From: Ptychomitrium polyphyllum
Taxonomy: Eukaryota
Length of the DNA stretch: 64,000 nt
Assembly: GCA_973851085.1 (NCBI GenBank)
Contig: OZ316775.1
Span: 17,856,001-17,920,000, forward strand
Direction: 5' to 3'
Shown here in pieces: positions 27,901 to 41,997 of this stretch. The notes beneath the pieces were generated by a model, which made no database searches, had not been told where the DNA came from, and saw nothing but the letters and a program-made list of their open reading frames with translations. Positions within the stretch are counted from its first letter, which is position 1; every line of letters begins with the position of its first letter. The translations under genes and the position numbers were made by a program.

Positions 27901-29298
27901 AGCACTGTCCTTGTTGTAGACTTTGGATCCTTGTCTCAGCCACCCTCTCTCAATTGGTGTCTTCAAAAGTAGATGTTAACACTTCCATAAAAGCACTTAA
28001 ATCATTCAACAATGGCAACTGCTTCTCCATTAATGGTGCAAACCACAATAGTACATTATTTGATAGAAGAGTGGCTACAAATCTCACTTGAGTTGTGCCA
28101 TCAGGTTAGCGAGATTGATGCAAACTAAAGAAGAGCCTTACTTATTGAATAAAGCCTCTTACTTTTTATCATGATCCATCAAACTTGTCTGGCATGCTAA
28201 TCTTTGGCTCAGCATGGTTTTGACATAAGCCTTTTTTTCCAACAGTGGCCTTTTGCAATTAAACAACCTCTTGATATGAACTTTGAATACTACCTTTAGA
28301 TTCTATAGATTGCTGAGTGTGTTGGTTTAAATTGGTAGTAATATTGAAGCAAGCGAATTCCGTTTGAATTGTGTTTAATAACTTTTGAAGGTCTACAATA
28401 GTTGCAAATCTATTCTCTAATGTTCCAGGCACGTTATCCATTAATTAAGATTGTGAAAAACAAGAAGACTATGAATACCTTCAAAGGAAAGTAATCCACA
28501 TCCTTTGAGAGATTGATTTTTTTTGAAAGAAGTAGTACTTGCTTTTAAAAGAAAAAACCAACATTACGGTGTCAGCTTAGAAGAGGGTAATCCGCAACCT
28601 CCTAGACACTATGGAATCCTAAAGAAGATAGGAAACTGACAATTTTCTTTAAAAAACCTTAGATTTGACAAAGATGAAGGGTAGTCTTGCCAAACTGTTA
28701 GAAACACAAGAAACAAGAAGCAGAAACAAAGTATTTTCCAAGAATTAGCTTCCAAAAAACTAATGATTAATAAGAACTTTATATAAAGGCTAAAATAAGG
28801 CAGGATACAATATGATTCACAATTTAAGTTTGCAAGAGTAAGGAATATCTTGTCTTATTTCCTATTTATACTATGACATTTCTATCTCCTAGGATATTTC
28901 TAAAGAAGCTTCCTACAAGGCTTAAGAATGTTCTAGAAGTCTATAGAACCTTCCCAAGAAATTTCCAAAGATGTTAAAACCTTCCTTGGAAATTTCTTAA
29001 AGTGGTGGAACCTTTTTAGGAAATTTTTTAAAGAGCTAAAACCTTCTTAGAAAGTTTCCTGAGGTGATGGAACCTTCTTACAAATTTTTTTGAGGTGGTG
29101 GAACCATCCTAGGAAGTTTCCTGAGATGATGGAATCTTCTTAGGAAATTTCTTTAGATAGCTGAACTTTCCTAGGAAATTTTTTAAAAACGTAGAAACAG
29201 GTATAGAGACATTTGAAAGTATTTTGAAAAGCTACTATAATATACTAAAGGTTCTAGAAGGTTCAAAAGACTATGTTGCATGATCTATGGCCGTGACA
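21997..29298 (-). mobile_element. Full-length decayed family-A element (copy 2)
   Basis: 5' LTR 28696-29298, gag from ATG at 28441 (MDNVPGTLENRF), PR/RT/RH/IN/chromodomain fragments, polypurine tract at ~23285, 3' LTR 21997-23284; flanks aattg/tcatg do not match. Confidence 0.93.
22480..23185 (+). mobile_element. Family-A solo LTR (706 bp) inserted antisense into the 3' LTR of copy 2
   Basis: tgtcacaaacatagatc...cccctaaca; perfect TSD GCTAT. Confidence 0.93.
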
Positions 29299-30460
29299 TC
29301 ATGCAAGCTAGTACGTGTGCATTAGAAAATTCACCATTGTTTAATCCACAATAATTATTAAAAGTTCATTTGAATTTTAAGTACAAAGGCTTCATATGTG
29401 ATCAAATGCAATACATTCAAGATTTCTAATAAAATATATGTAAATGCAATATTATAACTTTTCATATGTAAACCTTTCCATATTCAGCAATAAATTCTTC
29501 TACGCTACAATTACATCATTTCACTTCCAGTTTTGTAATAAGAGAAGAAAACAATCGTGCTTCAAAATCCTATAGCATTAAAATCCTCCTTCTAAAGTGT
29601 TACAAAGAATGATGGTATATTTACAAATTTTGAGTCTTTGTTAGGTTTTATTAATCTTCTTGAAATATGCAAAGAAAATTTGTGGCATTTTTTGTGTTCA
29701 AGGATCTAAATTGCCACAAGTTAAAATGCAAATGTCAAGTTCAATCTCAATTTAATTGATGCAAGCAATTGGATATAATATTTAATTGAAGTTCAAAGAG
29801 ATTTTTAATATTAATATAAAATTAAGTGACAAAGTAATGGATGTTTTCTATAAAGTAGCATGTATGAAGATTAAAAAAAGCACAAGAAGATACATAAGAG
29901 ATGAATGTAATTTTTTATATAAATTAAGATTGAGAAAAAAATATTTAATTTTTTTTGAACTTCATGTGGACTTGCAATATTTTTCTGTTTTGCTCAATTT
30001 CAGAGGATCAAGCTTGTGAGTTGTTTATTATGGTGATTGTAACTTTTGTTAAAAAAGACTTGATCTTTGTTGCTTTAAAGAAAGTCTTGGAAGTTGGATG
30101 AAATTTGAATTTATGGCTAAGTCAACATGACTTAGTTTTAAGAAGATGCAATCTAGAGTTCTTGTAAAGAACTTGGAATTAAAAAGTTGTGTTGGTTGAA
30201 ATGATCTCTTAATGAAATGATAAACAAATTAAAGCCTAAAAAATCAAGAAGATCTTTATAAAAGAAACAACCACAATAGCGGCATTTTTGGGTGTTATAG
30301 TATGAAGCGATGGTCATTTTTTTGGAAAACTATACTTGTAGTCAAGAATTGTTTGATATAAAGCATATTTTTGTGGATTGATCTTATAAGTCATAAAAAA
30401 TAAATCTTAGGCTCCAAATAGCTAAGTATGCAAACCTAAATAAGTAAATTGAAGGCTATG

Positions 30461-30952
30461 TGTTACGAACATAGATCATGCAACATAGTCCTTAGAACAT
30501 TTTAGAACCTTCTAGTATACTATAATAGCTTTTTAGAATACTTTTAAATGTCTCCATAGCCTTTCCATGTTTTTAGGAAGCTTCCTAGGAAAGTTCTTCT
30601 ACCTTAGGAAACTTCCTAGGAAGGCTCCATCATCTTAGGTAACTTCTTAGAAAACTTTCAACAAAAATTCCATCACCTTAGGAAATCTCCTAGGAAGGTT
30701 CCCTAGACTTCCAAAACATTTTAAAACCTTGTATAAAGCTTCTTTAGAAGTATCCTAGGAGATTCAAACGTCATAGTATAAATAGGAGGTAAGACAAGGT
30801 ATTTCTAAGTCTTGCCAACACAAGTTGTGGATCATCTTGAATCTTGCCTTGTTCTAGTCTTTGTATCAAGTTCTTGCTAATCATTAGCTCCTTGGAAGCT
30901 AATTCTTTGGAAAACACTTTATTTCTGCTTCTTGTTTCTTGTGTCCCTAACA
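30461..30952 (+). mobile_element. Family-A solo LTR (492 bp)
   Basis: tgttacgaacatagatc...tccctaaca; perfect TSD CTATG. Confidence 0.94.
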
Positions 30953-32624
30953 CTATGTATAAGTCTAAAAAGCAAGAGAATTTCTAAATGTGTCATCATA
31001 AAAATGGAAGTTCTTGTAGTTTTAGAACTTATTAAGCCCATTATTAGAAGGTTGCAATGTTCTTTGTTATCAATTTTCTTTTATATGAGCTAATTGTATA
31101 GAAATATACTTTATTTATTTTGTAATTGTTTGATTATCAAAAAAATAAAATTCATATTAATTAAGTATAAGGAAAGATTAGAATTGAAAAAAAGTAAGGA
31201 TCATCTACTTAGGTTTCTTTTAATAGATACAAAAAGTTGTTTCTACACTTAAAATAAATTTTATATTAAACTAATAGATAAAATTTGGACGTACATCTTT
31301 CTTGTCTTTTTTCCATTCCTAAATCTTTGTGATTGTAGAAGTTTTGTAATTTTGAAGCAATATAAGTTTCAATAAAAAATTATACATACATAAGTATGAA
31401 GGGGTTCAAATGTTCAAAATGTCGGTTATATTCTTGTCATTAAAAAAAATATTTGTAATTGAAAAAAATCAATAAAATAGATGCTCAAACCAATTCATTT
31501 TTATATATAGAAAAGCAATGTAAGGTTCTTTTGGTTGATGAAGTTATATATTCCTTTTATCTCCAAAATTTACATACATGTGTCTAATAATTTCAAACAT
31601 TACACTTTGACAAAATCCATTATTAGATGGATTAAAATGATTGGAATTGGAAGGTCTTCCTTAACCTCTTGAAAAATGACGTAGACTTTGTTTCTATTCT
31701 AGTAGTGTAGAAAGTGTCATAAAATGTTTACAAAAGAACAACCAAAAGAATTTACTTAGTCAAAAATCATAATTAATGTTGGCAAATGTTCTTATACTAC
31801 AAGTCCCACAATATGCTTTAGCGGATGATCTTGCACCACTTTTATACTAGAACATTGTGTTGAATGTATTAAGTAAAACCAACATACATTAAAGTTTAGA
31901 ATTTGAAGAGGCAGTGGAATACTATTCTACCACTGTGAGACCATGATCATGGTGGACTACGGATCAGCCAGTTTAGAAGTTTCACCATTTTAGCCTGAAA
32001 ATCCACTAGCAAAACCAATATAACTGGAAGTTTATGATATTTTATCTTATCATGGAGGATTGCTGGCATCAGGATAGTGACGTACACTACTCTGATAGAC
32101 CCCACCAACATAGTAGAATCCTAATTTCCGTTCCTCCAGTCATCACCAGCAGAGAACTCAGATCCCAACGTAGACTATCGGAGTTGAGGACTGGGCAACA
32201 AAATTGATACCCGTTCATACGCGAAGCCCAACGCACACCGGATCATGTACCGACTACCGCAAGGGAAGAAACAGGAAGCCTGGCGAAGCTCACTATGCTG
32301 ATCCAGTTGCTATATTAAACCCAGATGGCTGCACGTCGAACTTGTGTATTTCGGATTCCTCACCTGCCTTCCGTAGTAGTTTGTACCCGGCGCTCTTAAG
32401 TTAGTCTCAGTTCGGAGCTCAGCCCTCCCCGTAGAAGAAAGCTCACACCTTTAGTGAGCTTTGCACACACAATCAACCTTGATGTGAGGCAGAGCGGTGA
32501 AGAAACAGAGTCTAGAGTTGAGAGCTTGACTAGTGTCACTTGGTTCTAGCTGCGGCAGGGATGGCGGTGACATACTACTACTGCGATCCCCGGCAGCTCC
32601 AGGGCTACACTCCGATGCGTCGAG

Positions 32625-33670
32625 ATGAAAACTCACTGCTTGATTATGTGGGTGGTCTTTCTACCATAGCTGCTTTTGTTAAGTGCTTCTCTATGGCAGT
32701 TTCATTTTTGTGAATTGGTTGATTTTTGTGTGGGGTCTTTGGTTCTGGTGTTTGTGGAGGGAGACATGAGTGGTTTAATTTTGATTGATCGTTCGTTGGT
32801 GTTGCGTGCAGTGGTTCTATCCCAACAGAGTCTACATGGAAGAGGTGCGGGAGGAGAATGAGAAGCAGGAAAGAGAAGCTAAGAAGAAAGACGGCAAAGG
32901 CAAGGGTGGGGGTGGAGGTGGAGGTGAAGGAGGGAATAAGAAGGATGGTGATAAGAAGGACGGAGACAAGAAAGAAGGCGGCAAGAAGGAGACTGACAAC
33001 AAGCCGAAGGTAGAAACAAATTCTAAATGTGTTGTGGTATTGCTGTCATGTCAGTTGGTGTTTTCTGTAGAACTCTAGAACCTTCTCTCGAGAGTATAGA
33101 AATTCCTCATGCAACTATACTTGTAGGAATTCTCCTGACCAGGTTATTCAGGCGGTCGTATACTGTCTTCTCGTTGAGTCCTTGTTAGTTCAATCTCTGG
33201 TTGGATCCGCGCTAATAGTTGTTTCGGTACCTGAACCAGGTCATCGAGCTGAAGGTGCAACTCTGCTGCGAAGCATGCGCCCGCAAAGTGAAGAAGAAAA
33301 TCGAGAAACTGGATGGTGAGCTCGCACATATGATTTCCTGTGTTTTTTCTGCAACCGCGGTCCGCACTTCATTTCTGCTTTGGTGCAATCGCCTTTCTCT
33401 CATTTCTCTGTTACGAATCGTAGAGTGCCCCATTTGTAGAGAAGCCACTTGCAGTGTGCTTATTGATCTCCTGTTCATGTTTACGTAGGGGTGGAGAGAG
33501 GCGTGATATGCGACATCGACGAAAACAAAGTCATTGTGAAGGGTACCGCGAAGCCGGAGACTGTGCTCAAGCAGGCGCAGAAGGTCAAGGACGCGACGAT
33601 GTGGCCCCAGAAGAAGAAGGAACCCGAGAAGAAGAAAGACGACACGAAAAACGAGAAAATTGAAGACTAG
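32625..33670 (+). CDS. Heavy-metal-associated (HMA) domain protein, HPP type, with Lys/Gly/Glu-rich N-terminus and no CaaX box
   Basis: GT-AG exons 32812-33009, 33240-33315 and 33489-33670 join in frame: ...VIELKVQLCCEACARKVKKKIEKLDGVERGVICDIDENKVIVKGTAKPETVLKQAQKVKDATMWP...IED*. Start uncertain: exon 32625-32651 or ATG at 32836. Confidence 0.85.
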
Positions 33671-36600
33671 AACTCTGTTTCCTTTCTGTCGAACATTTTC
33701 TAAATCGTCCTTTCAGCAAACTCGCGGCATTATGCAACGGAGCGGCTGGAGCGAAAAACTCTACTCCTGGTGAGCGAAAACAATTCCTCACTTAACAAGT
33801 TCTTGATGTCCCACTTTCTCCTCCGCGTTCCCAGTAAAGCTCCTCTTTCCGTTCCTTTCCTACTCTCTAATTATGTAATTCAGTGTGATGAGCGTGCATC
33901 CAAACCATAAATGGCGAGATTGAAAGACGAATCTGCAGCATCTGTTTTCTATAACTTCTAGCGATGGCGATGTTTTTGGAGTCTCTCCTTCGGAATCTGC
34001 TAGTGTTCACCATGAAGCAATTCGTCGTCAATGGGATGTAGTATCAGTGCTCGACCATTTAATCTCGAGTGTCTTAATGTGCTGTTGATCAAGTGTACTG
34101 TAGGAGGTCTATGTGGCAATGAGATCCAAGTTAGTGGAGTGACAAAAAGCATTTTCGTGCGTTGATGCTGAATATTGTTGATGAATTCAACAGGTTGTGC
34201 GAAATTCTGCATTGTAAAGCTTACGAGTCAATACAGTTATTTTCGGTGATCCTGTGCAAGTCTCGCTGCGTGAGTTGGATACAGTTAGATTTACACTACC
34301 ATAGATTGTTCCTTTCCTTCGAGAATCCAGAAACTGGAAAATTTCATCATCCAAGTAAGTGGAGTGCTATGCAGTGCATGGAACTGGGACTCGAATCAAC
34401 TTGGCTTAGTGGGAGCCGCGGTGCACCGCATTCTGTCTCGAGTAGAAACTTGGTTGTTTATTCTTCTCTAGGAGATGGCGGTCTTCATCATTGTTTCTAA
34501 TGACCTTGTATGCTTTATATCAAGTTTTGCTGGAAATTCGGAAATGGTGGTTGAGAGTACTGTTTAAATGGTACAGACAGTGTGTTTTTAAGTGACTGTT
34601 TGTTGCAGTCGTCTTCGCTGTGTCAGAAATTCGCCCAACTGTACAGTGTGAAGTGAAGCATGTGAATAAATCATCACACTCGGATCAAGTGAACACACTA
34701 AAAAGGTTGTATGGTCAGGATCCTTGTAATTACAGTACACTATAGCGCAGTAATCGAGTTATTTACGTCTAAGGATCCGCACACTCACAGATTGGGCCAC
34801 TACTGGCAGCGAGGGAGTAGCCATGAAGTTTTATAAAAAATAAAAAATATGGTGATTTGTAAAGTCATCCTGGTTGCTTAAAAACGTGTGTGTGTGACCT
34901 AAGATTCTTGCATTAAGATATGTGCTCCAGTCAAATGGTTAATTTTTTTGAAACTTGGTATAGGTGCTCCTATTATTATGCTATGTTGTTACCATATATT
35001 TTGATGACTTTGACCCTTACCATATAAATATGGAATTAATATCAATATAATAACAACAAAATTCATTGTGCAAGCAATAAGAAGTCTAAATTCAAAATTC
35101 AACTAAATATTATAATTATAAATAATTGATGGTCAAACGTTGTGAACATACAAGTTGAAAAAGAAAGACCATGTTTTTATACATGTTTTATACAATTTGT
35201 TAAATCATGAAGAATGAAAAATATTTGAAATGCAAGGTCTATGAAGTGCAATAGTAATATATCTTGCAATTAACAAAATATTTATGATCTTGAACTCATG
35301 TCTTCATTTTCATTAAAAAATTCAAACATCAAGTGAATTATGTCATTTGTTTTTTTTCTTATAGTTAATGTAATGTTGCAGCATTTACACATCCACTTTT
35401 AACAAAAGTGAGGAGGATGGGTTTTAATGATATATAATAGCAGGTCAAAATATGTCATAGGTGTTGCAGTGCTTGACTCCTTGGGCCTTGATCCAGCACA
35501 TGACTTCAAACAAGTCAACAATTTTTATTCATACTTACAATATGGTAGGTAAGCTCATCACAAGCACATGTATCTAGGTGTGGTGCTTAACATATGCGTA
35601 AGACTGACTCAGGACAATTACAGTATTTCATAGGCAGGTCATAAATCCCAGTTAAGCCCAATTAAGTCTATCTTTCCACAGGACACATTGGAGGTCAAAA
35701 AGGACCAGTTAGGGACCACTGGTAGTATGGGTTATGCTTTTTAAATTCAGCTTGTGCATGTCAAGGTGCAAATTGTTGAAGAATAATTGCCAATATTAAT
35801 TATTATATAACTCTAATTTTTTCATAACAAAAACACTCTTACCTTATATATATTGTAGTCAAGATTATACATTCCACATTAATAATTCCAAAACTTTACA
35901 TCAATTCCATAATGCTACATTAACTTCATAATATTCACTTTATCACATAATACAAGGTTAGCAAAGGATTTCCAAGTGTTTGTACACTTGGCCATAACCT
36001 CCTTATATACTAGAACTCATAAAGACTTTTTCTAAAACTATTCTTGTTATTCTTTTATATTTCTAATATAAAGTCCATTAAACATATCTTAAGACTTGTC
36101 ACTAAGTGGACTTTAGCTTTATTGCCTACTATAAGTCAAGAATTTTATTAACATAGCTAATACAAATATCTTCAAAGCTACAAGTATCTTCAAAGGTATT
36201 AATAAATCCAACTCAATATTGTCTTATTAAATGAATTTCATTAGCTCATTAGTTTAAATGGCCATTAAATAATCCATCTATTTAGAAGCCAACATGGATG
36301 TATTAGATTAAGGTTGGTATTCACGAGGATGCAATTAAAGATCAAATTTAGATTTGGCTTATTAGTACAATTGCAAGTTGATGATTAAACATATTACACA
36401 AAGATGATAAAATGGCTCTATGAAAGAATAAATAGGCTACACTAAATGATGAACCATGGTGAAAGTTGAACTAAGATGTGGTTGTCATTTGCCACATTGT
36501 TTTTATTCATTAGTATTTATCACATTCATTTCTTGTAATCTAAATGAAAAAAATAAGAAATATTTTCTTATTGTACCTCAACAATAGTTACACGTTGTAT

Positions 36601-38871
36601 AGGCAATAACATGTATTATATAAAAATAATAACCTAAATCATCTTATTCAAGTGTTGTTTTTTCTTGGAAGTAAATAATAAATTTTAACACTTCTAGAAC
36701 TATAATATTCTTGTATAATAATATTGTAACATTTTTTTTAATTTTATTTTTATTTTTAACTATACCTAAAATATATACAATATAAAAAAAATACATATTG
36801 CTTATTACATATATACTTGTAAGATAGGAGATTTATGATGCCTTATTTATCTCTTTAAAATGTTCAATTATAATTTAGTTGGTAGAACAAAAGAAGGTTG
36901 AAATTTGCAACATTAAAATATTTATGAAAATAATTTTTTATTTCTGAAGTCTTACATCCAAAGAAAAAGTATGCTATCAATGGTTAAGATTTGACAAAAT
37001 ATTTGGCATTGTCTAATAATCTTCTCCATTTGCTAGGTTGTTAAAGGTTTCATAATCCATTATTGAAATATTTTTTCACCATGACAAGACAACATGGCAA
37101 TAGAGTTGTCTCAAAAAGTAGAATTCCTTGTGTTTGTCCTTTGTGTTTTTAGTGTGTGTCCTCCTCATAAATAATAGTTTTTGATGATCTTTGATATAAT
37201 TGTTAAAGCACTTTAGGTTTGGAAAAGAATTGGAAGAGTGAATGGAAGAGTTTTCAATACTTAAGGCAAACTTAGGATTGGCTTGGAAGAGTTTAGCTAA
37301 TTTTGGAGAGATACAAAGTTTGAAGCTTTTCAACTACACCAAGGCAAAGGCTCCTCTTGTATTCATCAAAGGACATGATGAAACACATTTTTACTATTTT
37401 TTGTAGCAAAAATGAGTTTCAAGGTGTATTTTGTAAGACTATCTTCTCTAGAAAAAACTTAACCAACAATTCTAATATCACACTTCTTCCTTTTCAAAAT
37501 AGTGAACTTACTTGCCTCCGTGTTTTGTGACTTTGAAAGTAACCGAGTCTGGTACAAGACGGTTTGCAGATAAGAAAGGATGACAATGAAGCTCGTGAAT
37601 CTGCAACAAACAGACCACAATAGAAGCAACGGACACAACTCAAGCGCTGAAGTAGTGAACTTGTGGTCTGTTTTATTCAAGGATTCTGGTGTAGGTTACT
37701 CACTTTAGTTTATATCATTCAACAGAAGTAAAAATTGTGATATTTTTGCTTTATTCTTACAAGTCCAATTGATTTGAAAGAATATAGTGAATTACTATTA
37801 ATACAATAGGCCATAGATTTACATTATTCTATATTATGCCTAAGTGGCGTAGTGGCAACATGGATTAGGGTCATATGCTCCATACATGCCTACTGAATAT
37901 GTTTCAATTGTGTTGTGTGTATTGTATGCGTCTGTTTTTTACCAGTTCATTGCAATCAGCTGAAGATGGAGATCATGTTGACCTAGAGGATGGAAGGACA
38001 CTATTTAAGTTCCCTTTGTTAATTAAAAACAGGTACAGGAGATGGAGTAGGTCAAAGGAGAAGTTTACATTTACAAAATTGTTAAAAAGATGTTAAAATA
38101 GAAATGCAGCTCAGGAATTTGGAATTGAAGAAATAAAAATGTTCATGAAAGATGTTTATAAGCAAGAGAGAAATCAAGAAACACAACAATGAAATGATGA
38201 ACCCTAACCTTTGGAAAATGTTCTTCATAAGCTTCTAGATTTAGTGTTTGTTTATCTTCAAGTAGAAAATATCCACTACATGAAATTTCTCAGTAAGGCT
38301 TTAAATACCCATTGAGCATAGAATGCAAGTAAATTAATTCACTACATATTTGAGTATGAATACAGTAGAAGATCTCTAACAATATTTGTCTAAACTATAC
38401 CCTTGCCTTAAGAGTTGACCAAAATAGATTACGCTCTCATTAGGTGAGTATCATTAAAAACATAAGTTTGACATGGAGGATGCCAACTTGAAGTAGAAAA
38501 CACATCCAAATCATTAAGCATTAGCTCTTGCTACTGTAAACTCTAAGAGCAGGACCAATTCCTCACCTATTCTTAGCCTAAACCTAAAAGATACATAACC
38601 TAAGCACTGGAATGGCTTCATGTATAGTTTACAAACACAGGGAGTGAGCTCAACCCTAGCTATGGAAGCACATGTTACACCTAAGAATTATAACTACTAC
38701 ATCACTTATCCTAAACAAACAACTTGCATGATATAAATATTTGATTAAGATGTCTCAACAGCGATTACCTCTGCAAAGAAGACGGCATAAGGCAAAAGGA
38801 CCTTGAAGAAAATTCGACGATGGCCTGAGAAAGGCATTCAAAGTCCATGTAAATTCCTTCACTTGTCCACT

Positions 38872-41800
38872 TTAGCATGTGGACCTGCACATGAAGAAAA
38901 ACTATCATATGAACTTACAACTAACTAATCACATGTCATGAAACAATAATAAAACTAAAGAGCTGTATGATCCTGTCAACATGATCTAAGTACTAGCCTT
39001 CAAATCCCAAGAACAAAATGTTCAATAACACAAGGTTGTGTGGCATTAAATAGAAACGCACCAATGATCATCTTCTGCCAATTGCATATCCAGATCTTGG
39101 TCATCGTCCATAGGAGATGAACTACTGGTATCATCTGAACTATCGTCTTTGTAAACATCCAACTCCTGCTGACGTCGAGCAACTTCAGCTTCCAAAACCT
39201 TCAAAGTGGCTTCGTTGTCGTTATCCCTTGCTTCGTCCAAGGGCGTATATCCATGCCTGTTGCAAATCGATTCAGACATGCTATTCCATAACTTGAAAAA
39301 TATGACTAACCTCGTTTTGACCACATGCCAAAATCGCAAACCTTCTTTGCAAAGATCACTGGGGGCCTGAGTTCAACTAAAAATGCTTCCTAAAAAAACA
39401 GGAACCTTTGAAGCGAGATGATTAAAAGCCTTGGTAGCAAATTGCCTAGCATCTGAATGTTGACATACAAGAAGGCCTGATTTTAACATTTTCCAAAGCG
39501 TGATTATTCAATCAATATCAAAGTTACGGCAGATTCCGAACATACCGGTCCTTGACAAGCACATCGGCACCCTCGTGCACCAGAAACTCAACATCCCTGG
39601 CTGTTCCATCAGCTGCGACAATGTGCAATGGGGTCCGTCGAGAATAATCTGCCTCGTTGGGATCCACCCCTGCCTTCACAAGCCTCGCCACAAAATTCAT
39701 ATCCCCATTGGCTGCTGCCTTGCACAGCTCATTACCAGCATCCTGCCCAGAATTGTAAACAAGAAGGATAAGAGACAAATTAAACACCCAAGGCATAGTA
39801 CCATCCTCTCAACATCCAGACAAACTTTAATTTTGATGCTGACAAGTAGATCAGAGACATGATGAAAACAGAAATTACCTTAATATCAGGCCTCGCTCCA
39901 TTGTTACGAAGAAGTTTTCCAACCCCGTCATGTCCCCCTTTCAATGCGTTCAAAAGTGGACTCACTCCGTCATTGTCTATTCATACCAAGGAACGTCAGT
40001 ATTCTGCATCAAGAATGACAGGTAATGTAAAACAGAAAGGTAACAGAAAGAGGATAATTTTCTACAGCCCAGAGTTACCTTTAACATTGATCTCAGCCCC
40101 TCCCTCCACCAATAGAGCTACACATTCCAAATGGCCCTTTCCTGCAGCAAGGTGCTGCAACAACCCCAAACCCAAAGTCAACACACCTATGAAGACTTGC
40201 AGCTCACGTTCTCATCACCAAAGTACTACTAAGTCTTATATGCAAAGAAAGACCTAGAGGTTATAATGCAACTCCACTGTCCTTAAAAACAGTCCAAACT
40301 AACATACCAATGGCGTTCTTCCTTCATAATCTGTTTCAGATGGATCCAAGCCCATGTCCAGAGCCTCTTGTAGCTGCTCCAGGTCTCCCTGTGCTGCAAT
40401 GTCCCAGATGTTCAACCCGGGAGTTCCAGGAGACCGTGCATTCGCATCTCCAGAGTGTGCCTCTTGGAACTCTTCACCCAGCTTCTGGATAGCTTTGACC
40501 ATTTCTAGTGCCGCAACTGTGTACTGGGCCGCTTGGATGGGGCTCAATATAACGAACATCTCTTGAAGGGTTCTCAGCCTAAGCTTTTCAGCTTCAATGA
40601 ATATGTCCCGAAGTCCCGCTAGCTTGGACTCCATTGCTTCCCTGACTTCCGCCATGTTGAAGCTTTCACTAGGTGGAGGATCAGCAGTAGTTGCCCGAGT
40701 CATTTGCTGATCTGCCACCAACATCTGTAAACTAACACAACAGGATTTTAACAAAAAATGCCAAGCTGGTCTACGTTTCTTGTGTAAAGCACTTCTATGT
40801 CCAAATAGCTCCTTTCCCTCTGAAATTTAACTTTATTAACTGTCTCTCCAAGACCAATATCAAATCGATTCTCAGGGAGATCGAAATCACCAAAATATAC
40901 CTGTAACACAGCGTGCCGATTCGAAACTTCGTCCTCTGCCGTAGAAGTGTGCTGCTGAAAGACATTCAACCTGAAAGCACGCATTATGGACTCAGGATAA
41001 AAACCTTTTTACAAACAGATAGAGCAGATATTGTCAAACCATAGGAACACAAGCTTTAAAGGAAAAATTAAGCTGCACATAGTAGAGTTATTTGTAAACT
41101 CGTCCTCTTTACTTCAGAAAGTGGATGAGTGATCCAAGACCCGCGTATTGAAATATGCGTGCCAATTAAGTGGATGAAGCTTTATGGCATTGAAGTATAT
41201 GCTCCATTCATAAACACAAATGGCAGAAAGGAGGTGAGATCACCGATGAGATTTTGATTGAAAGAAGGGGTGAGTTTACAAATAACTCTACATTGAACAA
41301 AGGAGATTGAAGCGCAGTGCATGAAGCAAAGATGCCTGACCTAGCCAGCTGCTTAGCAGAGAGAGATGCCATGGATGGTAGATTAATCCCTTCCAGCAGC
41401 TGCTGCAGCTCACTCTCCATTTGTATCCCCATCAAGGAATAGGCCAAGACTATGGCTGTCGTGGGACGCCAACCACCCATCCACATCAGCCCTGCTTCAA
41501 ACGGAGTTTTCCATGCTCCAGTTGTGATGTACGAGGCATCCTCATGCGCTGCCCGGATCTTTGCATGCACAGCCTCAGAGTAATGCTGGTAACATTTCCT
41601 CACCAACCTAGCAAACTCCTGTTCATTTCTAGGATTCTCCACCGCCCTTTTCAGCTCAAATAGAAGGGCATCTTCCTGCTCCAACCAGATGGAGTAGAAT
41701 TTCTGAAATGAAGGTATAGACAACAAGTGAGGAACTTGGCTTTCAGCTTCATCGTCCATGGCAACGGGCTCCTTGGCTCCTAAATAGTTAAGGTTGTAGT

Positions 41801-41997
41801 TTGCCGCATCCCCCATCAAATCATCTGCCAAGATAGTATCTGCACATGAACAAAACACCATATCCTTGATTACATAGCACTCGTTTCTAGGTAATCTGCC
41901 CCCACTTTGCAAAACATAGGTAGAGAATCCGAACCAACGTGTGAAAATGTGAGTCACCTGTGCGGGCATGCGCGTCTAGCACCACTCGTCCTCGCAT
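38872..41997 (-). CDS. DOG1-domain protein with C-terminal ankyrin repeats (DOG1-like)
   Basis: In-frame exons 41997-41958, 41839-41341, 40970-40901, 40724-40308, 40154-40079, 39976-39879, 39742-39546, 39256-39062, 38884-38872. DOG1/TGA C-terminal motifs (FQKFYSIWLEQE, WKTPFEAGLMWMGGWRPT, EAEKLRLRTL, LSPIQAA) and ankyrin motifs (DYEGRTPLHLAA, DYSRRTPLHIVA, GYTPLDEA). First and last exons less certain. Confidence 0.9.

Noticed and set aside
29300..31100. Possible DNA-transposon remnant around the 30461 solo LTR
   Set aside because: Too degenerate; no diagnostic motif or terminal repeats could be read
32082..32386. Three GTAC cores (copper-response-like) near the HMA gene start
   Set aside because: A 4-mer at this density is close to chance, and one copy lies downstream of the likely TATA box
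39500..41663. Plus-strand ORFs overlapping the DOG1-ankyrin gene
   Set aside because: Antisense shadows of the real coding exons
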